This document shows positions 1-8,152 of a stretch of DNA of 38,022 bases, in pieces. Position 1 is the first letter of the stretch. Each line of letters opens with the position of its first letter. This DNA comes from a virus (lineage: Duplodnaviria; Caudoviricetes), in the IMG/VR virus record IMGVR_UViG_3300047275_000500, positions 1 through 38,022 of that record; one strand, written 5' to 3'. A program made the translations under genes and the position numbers. Below the pieces are notes generated by a model. It was given only the letters and a program-made list of their open reading frames with translations, was not told the DNA's origin and ran no database searches.

Positions 1-1
1 T

Positions 2-40
2 AACTCAACAGTTACTGTTGTAGGTACACTTTTAGCATAA
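2..40 (+). CDS. 3' end of an upstream gene (partial, ...NSTVTVVGTLLA*)
   Basis: Open frame from the window edge to TAA at 38-40, followed by a purine-rich RBS region for the next gene. Confidence 0.5.
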   Translation, partial: NSTVTVVGTLLA

Positions 41-70
41 CAAAATAAATAAAAGAGGGAGTGGTAGATC

Positions 71-526
71 TTGGCAACAGTAGATAAAGATTTCAAGGTC
101 AAGAATGGACTACAGGTCGGAAACGGCGGTAGTTTTGGAGGATCAGTAATAGTAGGAACTCCTACTGAAAATAACCATGCTGCTACAAAAGAGTACGTAG
201 ACTCAATAGCAGGAAGCATGGCTGTCGGATCTACCCCTCCCCTATCACCAGATAATGGAGATCAATGGTTTGATACATTAACCTCAAGAGTTAATGTTTA
301 TTATGAAGGCTCATGGCTAACCATGGCTACAATTGACGATACCCTTAATCTTCCACAACATATTCACGATACAGCAATTGATGGAACTGGATTTATTGTA
401 TCTCAGTTTGTCAGTGCTGGCAGTTTTAATGACCCACAAGGATCCCCAGTTGATGGCGGAGCCTATAACGAATCATCATGGACAACAACCTATGATGGTG
501 GTGTAGCAACAGATAACTTCAACTAA
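71..526 (+). CDS. Small tail-fibre-like virion structural protein
   Basis: TTG start after AGAGGGAG. Motifs DFKVKNGL, HAATKEYVD and PxxGDxWFDT are typical of phage fibre/virion proteins. It sits next to a tail fibre gene. Confidence 0.6.
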   Translation: MATVDKDFKVKNGLQVGNGGSFGGSVIVGTPTENNHAATKEYVDSIAGSMAVGSTPPLSPDNGDQWFDTLTSRVNVYYEGSWLTMATIDDTLNLPQHIHDTAIDGTGFIVSQFVSAGSFNDPQGSPVDGGAYNESSWTTTYDGGVATDNFN

Positions 527-532
527 AACTGA

Positions 533-541
533 TGTTATAAT
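533..541 (+). promoter_or_regulatory. Extended -10 promoter (TGTTATAAT)
   Basis: Intergenic TGnTATAAT upstream of the AAGGAG RBS of the 585 gene. The motif recurs in other intergenic gaps. Confidence 0.65.
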
Positions 542-584
542 TAGCACAGAAATAAAACGGTAGAAATACCACAAGGAGAGATAA

Positions 585-2897
585 ATGGCAACAAGAATGC
601 AACAGCGCAGAGGAACTGCAGCCCAATGGACGGGAGCAAACCCAACTCTAGCAGCAGGTGAAATCGGTTATGAAACCGATACAGGTAAGTTTAAAATTGG
701 TAATGGATCATCGGCATGGTCTGCACTTAATTATTATGTAGATGCAAATGCAATACTTGATGGCGCCCCAGGTGTACTTGATACACTTAATGAACTCGCT
801 GCCTCCCTTGGCGACGATCCCGCTTTCTTTACTACAGTGGCAGATAATCTCTCCGATCACACAACAGCCACTACAGATGTCCACGGTATCGCAAATACAG
901 CAGACCTTGCAACACAGCAGTTTGTAACAGATGCAGTATCTGGAGCAACGGTTGATCAGTCAGCACTTGCTGGTACAGGTATCGACTGGAACTCAGGTAC
1001 AGAACAGTTTGATATTGATAATACAGTAGTAACACTTACTGGAACACAAGAATTAACAAATAAGACACTAACTGGTGCAGATCTTGGATCTACTTCTGTA
1101 GCAGTCACTCAGGCAGGAACTGATAACACAACCAAACTTGCCACAACCGAATTCGTACAGGGTAGAGTTAATGCAGTTATTGCAGGTTCTCCAGAACTCC
1201 TAAATACATTAACTGAACTTTCTGCTGCAATCAATAATGATGAAAACTTTGCAGTAACTGTTTCTAATGAAATTGGAACTAAGGTTTCTAAGTCTGGGGA
1301 CACCATGACAGGTATATTAACACTTGTAGGTGCTCCAATAAATGGTGATGATGCTGCTACTAAAGAATATGTAGACAACACATCTACAGACGCTGCTAGT
1401 GGTGCAGTTAGCGCTCACAATTTACTAACAACAAATATTCATGGAATTGAAGATGTTGGTGAACTTGTTACAAATAATGATTTATCTGCACATACTTCAG
1501 CAACAACAAACGTACATGGTATTTATGATACATCACTACTTGCTCTAACATCAGATGTTACTGATCATGCTAATGATACTACAAATGTCCACGGTATTCT
1601 TGATACAGCAAATCTTGCATTGTTATCAGACGTTTCAGGACACGCAAATGACACTACTGCTGTACATGGAATTGCTGATACTGCTGAACTTGCTACTCAT
1701 ACAGATGTGAGCGATGCTGTAGAAGCACACCGTGCAGATACAACAAACGTACATGGAATTGCTGATACAGCAAATCTTGTTCTTACAGATGATGCTCGTT
1801 TATCAGATACAAGAACACCAACAGATGATAGCGTATCAACAGCAAAAATTGTTAACTCTGCTGTAACTGCAGATAAACTTGCTGGAGATTCTGTAACTAC
1901 CGCTAAGATTGAAGACGGTGCAGTAACATCTGCAAAGATTGCAAATGGAACAATTGTAGATGCTGATATTAGTGCAACTGCAGCAATTGCTCAGTCTAAG
2001 GTTGATGGACTTGGAGACGCACTTGATCTTAAGGCACCTCTAGCATCACCAACATTTACAGGTACTGTTTCAGGTATTACATCAACAATGGTTGGCTTGG
2101 GTAACGTAGACAATACATCAGATGCAAATAAGCCAGTATCAACTGCTACACAAACAGCACTTGATGCAAAGGCTTCTCTTGCAGGAGCAACATTTACAGG
2201 CTCAGTAGAAATTGACCAAAACCTAACAGTTGACGGAAACCTAACAGTAAATGGTACAACATTTAATGCATCATCAACATCTATTGTAATTGAAGATAAC
2301 ATGCTTCAACTTGCTCACCAAAATGCAGCAAACACAGTTGACCTTGGTATTGTGGTAGGTTACACAGATGGTGGAGCAAAGCACTCAGGTCTTGTAAGAG
2401 ACGTATCTGATGCTAAGTGGAAGTTGTTTAAGGGTGTTACAACAGAACCAACAACAACAGTTGATTTCACAGAGGGATCACTTGATGATCTTGCAGTAGC
2501 AGCACTTACAGCAACAACTGTAACTCCTTCATCTGGTGTAGTTTTCTCAGACGGCACACAGACAAAAGAAGGTGTAGCATCTCGCACACCAATTATTCAA
2601 AAGACAGCAGCATATACACTTTCTGCCCTAACTGAAAGAGACTCATTAATTGAAGTTTCTCATACAGGTGGTTCAGCAGTAACAATTACAATCCCTGCAA
2701 ACTCAGCAGTTGCTTATCCAGTAGGAACATCAATTGATATTCTTCGCACAAATACTGGTGGAGTTACAATCGCTGGAGCATCAGGAGTAACAGTAAATGC
2801 TACACCAGGATTAAACCTACGTGCCCAGTGGTCATCAGCAACTCTTTTCAAGAGAGCAACTGATACTTGGGTAGTCATGGGCGACTTGTCAGCATAA
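585..2897 (+). CDS. Tail fibre protein with an Mtd_N/hyaluronidase-like N-terminal anchor and His-containing repeats
   Basis: N-terminus RMQQRRGTAAQW..NPTLAAGEIGYETDTGKFKIGNG. Two LDTLNELAAxLxDDxxF-type fibre motifs, six HxxxTTxVHGI-type repeats, SVTTAKI repeats and a VGLGNVDNTSD motif. Confidence 0.8.
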   Translation: MATRMQQRRGTAAQWTGANPTLAAGEIGYETDTGKFKIGNGSSAWSALNYYVDANAILDGAPGVLDTLNELAASLGDDPAFFTTVADNLSDHTTATTDVHGIANTADLATQQFVTDAVSGATVDQSALAGTGIDWNSGTEQFDIDNTVVTLTGTQELTNKTLTGADLGSTSVAVTQAGTDNTTKLATTEFVQGRVNAVIAGSPELLNTLTELSAAINNDENFAVTVSNEIGTKVSKSGDTMTGILTLVGAPINGDDAATKEYVDNTSTDAASGAVSAHNLLTTNIHGIEDVGELVTNNDLSAHTSATTNVHGIYDTSLLALTSDVTDHANDTTNVHGILDTANLALLSDVSGHANDTTAVHGIADTAELATHTDVSDAVEAHRADTTNVHGIADTANLVLTDDARLSDTRTPTDDSVSTAKIVNSAVTADKLAGDSVTTAKIEDGAVTSAKIANGTIVDADISATAAIAQSKVDGLGDALDLKAPLASPTFTGTVSGITSTMVGLGNVDNTSDANKPVSTATQTALDAKASLAGATFTGSVEIDQNLTVDGNLTVNGTTFNASSTSIVIEDNMLQLAHQNAANTVDLGIVVGYTDGGAKHSGLVRDVSDAKWKLFKGVTTEPTTTVDFTEGSLDDLAVAALTATTVTPSSGVVFSDGTQTKEGVASRTPIIQKTAAYTLSALTERDSLIEVSHTGGSAVTITIPANSAVAYPVGTSIDILRTNTGGVTIAGASGVTVNATPGLNLRAQWSSATLFKRATDTWVVMGDLSA

Positions 2898-2928
2898 TAA
2901 AACTTAATAGTAGAAAAAGGAGAACGGC

Positions 2929-3951
2929 ATGGCAACAAGCAAAAAAAGAGGTATTAAGGCCTCAGCACAAGATAACTTTCTACAACCAGATCCTGTAACA
3001 GGCTTATCTGGTACAAATGTAGGAACAGGTCGAGCATTTGGTGACGGCGCTGTTAATCTATCTTGGACATTGTCTGCTACATCTCCTGCAGCAACTTCTT
3101 ATACTATTACAACTACTCCAGCAACATCAACTGTAGTAACTGGTAATGCAAACACATCCTATACATTTACTGGTCTTTCAGGTGGAACATCCTATACATT
3201 TACAGTTGTAGGAACAAACGCTGCTGGTACAGCCAACCCAACAACATCAGGTTCTGTTACTGTTACAACAGTACCAGGAACTCCAACTGGTGTAAGTGCT
3301 TCAGCAACATCAGCAAATACTAACACTATCTCTTGGACTGCTCCAGGAAATGGTGGTTCTGCAATTACATCTTATACAATTACTGGTTCAGACGGATCAA
3401 GTTATACTGGTATTTCTGCTGGTGCAACATCCTATGCTGCTAGTGATCCTGGAGTCTCTCCAGGCTCTCAGACTTATACGATTGTTGCTATCAATGCAAA
3501 CGGAACAGGTAATGGAGCAACTACTGCATCTGTTACTACTACCCCGCCGTTCTTCCCATTCTTCCCTCCATTCTTCCCGCCGTTTTTCCCATTCTTCCCT
3601 CCATTCTTCCCACCATTCTTCCCGTTCTTCCCACCATTCTTCCCACCATTCTTCCCATTCTTCCCGTTCTTCCCACCATTCTTCCCATTCTTCCCATTCT
3701 TCCCATTCTTCCCACCGTTCTTCCCATTCTTCCCATTCTTCCCGTTCTTCCCACCATTCTTCCCTTACTTCCCATTCTTCCCGTTCTTCCCACCATTCTT
3801 CCCTTACTTCCCATTCTTCCCGTTCTTCCCACCATTCTTCCCATTCTTCCCATTCTTCCCATTCTTCCCACCATCATTCGCATCAACTTGTAGTTGTGGG
3901 TATTGCTGGAGATGTAGCGTATGCTGCCCAGGAAGATCGTGCAGTTGTTAA
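2929..3951 (+). CDS. Two fibronectin type III-like domains followed by a (P)PFF repeat and a Cys-rich C-terminus; probable virion appendage protein
   Basis: AAGGAG RBS. FN3 signatures LSW..Y..LSGGTSYTFTVVGTNAAG and PGTPTGV..ISWTAP.NGGSAITSY. A 110-aa Pro/Phe tract follows, then CSCGYCWRCSVCCPGRSCSC. Confidence 0.8.
   Translation: MATSKKRGIKASAQDNFLQPDPVTGLSGTNVGTGRAFGDGAVNLSWTLSATSPAATSYTITTTPATSTVVTGNANTSYTFTGLSGGTSYTFTVVGTNAAGTANPTTSGSVTVTTVPGTPTGVSASATSANTNTISWTAPGNGGSAITSYTITGSDGSSYTGISAGATSYAASDPGVSPGSQTYTIVAINANGTGNGATTASVTTTPPFFPFFPPFFPPFFPFFPPFFPPFFPFFPPFFPPFFPFFPFFPPFFPFFPFFPFFPPFFPFFPFFPFFPPFFPYFPFFPFFPPFFPYFPFFPFFPPFFPFFPFFPFFPPSFASTCSCGYCWRCSVCCPGRSCSC
3544..3873 (+). repeat. Coding tandem repeat of CCN-TTC-TTC units (12x PPFF, 18x PFF, 2x PYF, terminal PP)
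   Basis: Read directly from the sequence. Variation falls mostly at Pro third-codon positions (CCA/CCG/CCT). Confidence 0.97.
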
Positions 3952-3953
3952 TG

Positions 3954-3987
3954 TTAGAGGGTACATTGTAAAAAATGTACCCACTAA
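3954..3987 (+). terminator. Hairpin after the PFF gene (GGGTACATT-gtaaaa-AATGTACCC); possible terminator or operator
   Basis: Perfect 9-bp inverted repeat, extendable with TTAG/CTAA. There is no clear U-tract. Confidence 0.5.
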
Positions 3988-3992
3988 ACATA

Positions 3993-4001
3993 TGCTATAA
4001 T
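3993..4001 (+). promoter_or_regulatory. Extended -10 promoter (TGCTATAAT) for the first half of the enzyme cluster
   Basis: Intergenic, upstream of the AAGGAG RBS and ATG at 4025. Confidence 0.65.
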
Positions 4002-4024
4002 AAAAGTAACAAAGGAGTCTTTTT

Positions 4025-4462
4025 ATGTACGGAGTATTAGTAAAAAATAACGATGCATATGATTTAATTGGAAAATTTAGTCATAGCAAACAAACAGTTA
4101 TGGATGCACTTAATGCAGCCAATGATTCTGGATTGCCTATTATAGGAATCGATGCAAGTGCACATAAGCAGCAAGCGCTTTATGGTGCAACTTGGAACGG
4201 ATCATCATTTTCTGGAGGCACAGCAGGACCAAATCTTATGAGTGCAACTCAGGAACAATTAGACTCTTTTAATTTATATGCATTTTTGTGTGACAATATT
4301 GTTGTCGCTAGAGTGGCGGTAGCAGTTGATACACCAAAGGCAGAAATGTATAGCGCAGCATTTACTGGTGAAGTAAATTTGATTAAAATTCCAGAAAGTC
4401 AAAACCTTATTATTGGATTATCTTATAATTGGGATGGAACTACATTTACTGAATTAGCATAA
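4025..4462 (+). CDS. Hypothetical protein with an internally duplicated module ending in W[ND]GxxF
   Basis: AAGGAG RBS. The two halves end in GATWNGSSF and SYNWDGTTF. Confidence 0.7.
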   Translation: MYGVLVKNNDAYDLIGKFSHSKQTVMDALNAANDSGLPIIGIDASAHKQQALYGATWNGSSFSGGTAGPNLMSATQEQLDSFNLYAFLCDNIVVARVAVAVDTPKAEMYSAAFTGEVNLIKIPESQNLIIGLSYNWDGTTFTELA

Positions 4463-4486
4463 TTTTATTATTGAAAGGTTAGTCAT

Positions 4487-5209
4487 ATGCAAATTTATGA
4501 TGAAAACCAGAATCCCTGGTTTACAAAAGATAGATCAGAAACTGCCTCAAATAGGTATCCAACAAAAACATTACCAAACGGTATAGTCGTAGAAAATCCT
4601 GGACTTGGATTGAATGTATACAGAAATGTATTTTCTAAAGATGATGCTGATAGATATATTCAAATTCTTGAATCTAATCTAGATGGCACAAAACGATATA
4701 AGTGGTCTGAGGCACAAGTAACAAACTCAACAACTCCTATTAAAAAAGCAAGAGATGCTGTAGATTTTAAATACAAGCAAGAAAATCTTGGTCCAAGAGA
4801 TGAGTTTAATGCAGAGTTAATAGATCTACATGAAGAGATTTATCAAAAATTAAAGTTTTGTGTAGATGATTATGCACACTACTGGGGTATTAATGTTATT
4901 TATTACGAAGCATTTAACTTTGTAAAGTATGAAGGCGAAGGAAAGCACTTTAATATTCATGCAGACCACGGCCCTGCATATAATGCTACAGTTTCAGCAG
5001 TTATTTACATTAATGATGATTACGAAGGTGGAGAGATTAAGTTTCCAAGATTAGATGGATACACTCTTACACCAAAAGTCGGAGATATTGCTGTATTCCC
5101 ATCTAACTATATTTATGAGCATGCGTCTCTTCCAATGAAGAGCGGTACAAAGTATTGTGTCGTAATCATGACTGATATTAATGAGTTAGGACATAAGGGT
5201 GGATACTGA
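4487..5209 (+). CDS. 2OG-Fe(II) oxygenase, prolyl 4-hydroxylase-like (#1)
   Basis: HAD...H facial triad, YINDDYEGGE motif, FPSN..YEH and GTKY. Confidence 0.9.
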   Translation: MQIYDENQNPWFTKDRSETASNRYPTKTLPNGIVVENPGLGLNVYRNVFSKDDADRYIQILESNLDGTKRYKWSEAQVTNSTTPIKKARDAVDFKYKQENLGPRDEFNAELIDLHEEIYQKLKFCVDDYAHYWGINVIYYEAFNFVKYEGEGKHFNIHADHGPAYNATVSAVIYINDDYEGGEIKFPRLDGYTLTPKVGDIAVFPSNYIYEHASLPMKSGTKYCVVIMTDINELGHKGGY

Positions 5210-5978
5210 GTATAACTCTATAGTCTTTAAATCTTACAGGCCATGGCTTACAAAAGAAAGCAAATCAGCACCATCCTCAACACAAAAAGAAATACCTCAA
5301 TGGTATAAAGATGCAGATAGGTTTGCAAAAAATCCCATTAATGGAGAATACTATAAGGCTCCAAAAGAGGTTTGTCCCTTTCCCAAAGAAGGAACAACAG
5401 ATGACTATGGGATGATTCCTACATGGAAGGCATGCCCTGCAATAATGGATGCCTTTATGACTGGGTATGTTTTTAAAACGCCTTGTGATTTAATATTTAC
5501 AAAAAATAATAATGGGTCTTTAGATCTTAAAATTGATAATCCAATGTATAGAGATTTTTGTACAGTTAGGCCACCAATGCCACAATTTGAACATCCAAAA
5601 GGCTACTACAAGAGTCATTTTGCATGGATGCCAGACTGGGGAATGAAACTACCAGATGGCTATAGTGCGCTATTTATGACACCAATGAATAGATTTGATT
5701 TGCCATTTATGAGCACAACTGGAATTGTTGACTCAGACAAGGTTGAGTTATTGGGTAGTTTTCCATTTTTTATTGTTGAGGGATGGGAAGGAACTATTCC
5801 TGCAGGAACCCCATATCTACAGGTTCTGCCATTCAAAAGAGAAAACTGGGAACATAGTATTGAGATTTCAGACTCATCAACTATATATGCTAAAATGGTA
5901 GATAACGCAAACTTTTATAGGCAGCCAGATGGCGGGGTATATAAAGACAAAGTTTGGACAAGAAGAGAGTATAAATAA
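5199..5978 (+). CDS. Conserved phage protein, DUF6065-like (distant)
   Basis: PQWYK, TWKACPAIMDAFMTGY..KTPCD, GIVDSD and IPAGTPYLQVLPFKRE. It shares its layout with the 6671 gene. The family was recalled, not searched. Confidence 0.55.
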   Translation: MDTEYNSIVFKSYRPWLTKESKSAPSSTQKEIPQWYKDADRFAKNPINGEYYKAPKEVCPFPKEGTTDDYGMIPTWKACPAIMDAFMTGYVFKTPCDLIFTKNNNGSLDLKIDNPMYRDFCTVRPPMPQFEHPKGYYKSHFAWMPDWGMKLPDGYSALFMTPMNRFDLPFMSTTGIVDSDKVELLGSFPFFIVEGWEGTIPAGTPYLQVLPFKRENWEHSIEISDSSTIYAKMVDNANFYRQPDGGVYKDKVWTRREYK

Positions 5979-5987
5979 GGAGTAGCA

Positions 5988-6671
5988 ATGACAACCTGGA
6001 CAAGTAAAGAAAGTCTTGGCAATGGAATTACAGTATATCGAAATGTAATTAAGCAAGAATTAGACATTATAAATAGGCTAGAAAGTACTCTTGGTAAGCC
6101 AGCCCCATGGGGAGAGATGTCTGAAGATGGAAAAAGATATCACTGGTTGCCAGCATATGTAGGGTATCAGCAATTAATGCCAGATTATAGAGATTGTTAC
6201 GATTTTAAATTTAAAAAGACAGATATTGAGTCAGATCCTAGCGAAGATTCTTTGTTTTTGCAAAAAATATGGCAAGACATTTATGATGTACAGGCTCCAG
6301 CAGTAGAAGATTATAGAAGAGATTATAATATTATGCCACTTAAATATTGGGAGGCTTTTAACTTTATTAAGTATGGTCCAGGACAGCACTTCAAAGAACA
6401 TCATGATCACGGCTTTTCTTATAATTGTACTGTATCTTTAGTGGCATATGTTAATGATGATTATGAAGGTGGCGAACTTTATTTTAGATTGCAAGATTTA
6501 AATATAAAGCCACAGGCTGGAGATCTTTATATATTCCCATCAAACTTTATGTATCCACATCAAGCAATGCCAGTACACTCTGGGACTAAGTATTCAATTG
6601 TAACAATGTTAGATTATAGCAAAAAGTATCATACACCAGATATGTATGATCCAAAGTGGGCAAATGAATAA
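5988..6671 (+). CDS. 2OG-Fe(II) oxygenase, prolyl 4-hydroxylase-like (#2)
   Basis: HHD...H, YVNDDYEGGELYF, FPSNFMYPH and GTKY, with an AAGGAG RBS. Confidence 0.9.
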   Translation: MTTWTSKESLGNGITVYRNVIKQELDIINRLESTLGKPAPWGEMSEDGKRYHWLPAYVGYQQLMPDYRDCYDFKFKKTDIESDPSEDSLFLQKIWQDIYDVQAPAVEDYRRDYNIMPLKYWEAFNFIKYGPGQHFKEHHDHGFSYNCTVSLVAYVNDDYEGGELYFRLQDLNIKPQAGDLYIFPSNFMYPHQAMPVHSGTKYSIVTMLDYSKKYHTPDMYDPKWANE

Positions 6672-7378
6672 TGTTTAATATTACTGTTGAAAAAATGCAT
6701 GGCTGTCTTTTTGATATTAAGCCAATGTCTATTAAAAGAGATTGGATGGATGCAACATCTGAAAATCATGCTTATAGATGTTTTCCAGTCACACAAGCAA
6801 ATGTAATTGGCTGGAGTTTATCTTGCACAGAAGATATTATATTTACCTGGGATGGGGTAAACGATCAAACAGACCAACATGTAAAGATTACTAATCCAGT
6901 TGGAGCATACTCTGGAAGAGGCCAGTCATCAATAAGTTTAAATACATCATTAGTTTTTAGAACAGATCCAGATGTTAGTATTTTGACTATTAATCCAGTT
7001 AATTACTTTAATGATGATTTTGAAACTCTGTCCAATTTAATCAGTACATCTTTCTATGACAATCCTTTGCCTCTAGCAATTAAAGCAAAAAAGGCAAATC
7101 AAGAAACAGTAATTAAGGCAGGAACTCCAATAGCAACAATCATTCCAATATCTTTGACTAATCTAAACAATAGTTCTATTAATATTGTTAATTATGTAGA
7201 TAACAATAATCAAAGACGTGATGCCAACATAGCGTATGGTGAAGCAGCACAAGTTGTTAACTCATCTGGTAAATGGACAGATTGGTATAGAGATGCTGTA
7301 AACGAAAAAAATGAATCTGTAGGATCACATGAGGTAAAGGCATTAAAACTTCATGTTACTAGTAATACGATTAAGTGA
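6671..7378 (+). CDS. DUF6065-like protein
   Basis: RDWMDAT..HAYRCFPVTQANVIGW matches the recalled DUF6065 N-terminal signature. It also has IKAGTPIATIIP. Confidence 0.65.
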   Translation: MFNITVEKMHGCLFDIKPMSIKRDWMDATSENHAYRCFPVTQANVIGWSLSCTEDIIFTWDGVNDQTDQHVKITNPVGAYSGRGQSSISLNTSLVFRTDPDVSILTINPVNYFNDDFETLSNLISTSFYDNPLPLAIKAKKANQETVIKAGTPIATIIPISLTNLNNSSINIVNYVDNNNQRRDANIAYGEAAQVVNSSGKWTDWYRDAVNEKNESVGSHEVKALKLHVTSNTIK

Positions 7379-7384
7379 TATAAT
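7376..7384 (+). promoter_or_regulatory. Extended -10 promoter (TGATATAAT), probably leaderless
   Basis: The -10 ends 6 nt before the ATG at 7391 and no SD is present. Confidence 0.6.
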
Positions 7385-7390
7385 ACTATT

Positions 7391-8152
7391 ATGGATATTA
7401 ATGACGCTATTACAGTTACCAGAAAACCATCCTTAACCCCATCTGGGTTTTTTGGATATGGGCCAGAAAATATTATAGAGTTAGAAAATTTTATGACCCA
7501 AGAAGAAGTTGACTTTTTAGATAAGGCAGCAAGAAGTATTACTATTTGGGATATTACTGAAAGCCATAAAAATGAAAATGGAACTGTAATTTATGATGCA
7601 GAATATTGGAAAGATAGGGTAGCCAGTGCACCATCTCTTAATCAAAATGATCCAAACATTGTTCCAGTAATTATTGGTTTGTTTAATAAACTTCAACCAG
7701 TTATTGAAAGTTTTTTTAATGTTAAGGTTCAGCCAACAGGCCAGACTATTGTTAAGTGGAATCCAGGACAGTTCCAAATGCCACACGCAGACAAAGAACT
7801 ACACTTTGGCCCTGATGCTGGGACACCTAATGATTTTCCAAACTATGATATAGCAAGTTTATTTTATATAAACGATGACTATGAAGGTGGGGAACTATAT
7901 TTTCCAAACCAAGGAATACAGTTTAAGCCTAAGCGTGGATCTGCATACTTTTTCCCAGGAGACATGAACTATGTTCATGGAGTTACTAAGATTAAAGATG
8001 GTGTGAGATACACATGTCCATTTTTTTGGGAAATTCTAGAGCATACTGGAGAAGTAAGGCCAGATTTTAACACAAAGTATCATAGAATTTTCCCTGACGA
8101 TAAAACAATAAGTGCATGGGATCCAGAAAATGGCATAAGGAGAAATTCATGA
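7391..8152 (+). CDS. 2OG-Fe(II) oxygenase, prolyl 4-hydroxylase-like (#3)
   Basis: HADKE, YINDDYEGGELYFP and HGV....GVRY. Confidence 0.9.
   Translation: MDINDAITVTRKPSLTPSGFFGYGPENIIELENFMTQEEVDFLDKAARSITIWDITESHKNENGTVIYDAEYWKDRVASAPSLNQNDPNIVPVIIGLFNKLQPVIESFFNVKVQPTGQTIVKWNPGQFQMPHADKELHFGPDAGTPNDFPNYDIASLFYINDDYEGGELYFPNQGIQFKPKRGSAYFFPGDMNYVHGVTKIKDGVRYTCPFFWEILEHTGEVRPDFNTKYHRIFPDDKTISAWDPENGIRRNS

Noticed and set aside
585-760. Mtd-like N-terminus suggesting a diversity-generating retroelement
   Set aside because: Only the anchor domain is similar. No reverse transcriptase or template/variable repeat pair was seen in the window.
3544-3873. Possible CRISPR array or non-coding satellite
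   Set aside because: There are no unique spacers, and the units are multiples of 3 in frame within a CDS.
3539-3991. Antisense ORF encoding Gly-Arg-Met repeats (collagen-like Gly-X-Y look)
   Set aside because: It is the reverse-complement shadow of the CCATTCTTC repeat. Variation is synonymous in the PFF frame but not in this one, and all supported genes are on the + strand.
3296-4000. Alternative + frame ORF with Ser/His repeats
   Set aside because: It is a shifted reading of the same repeat with no RBS, and it overlaps a coherent FN3 gene.
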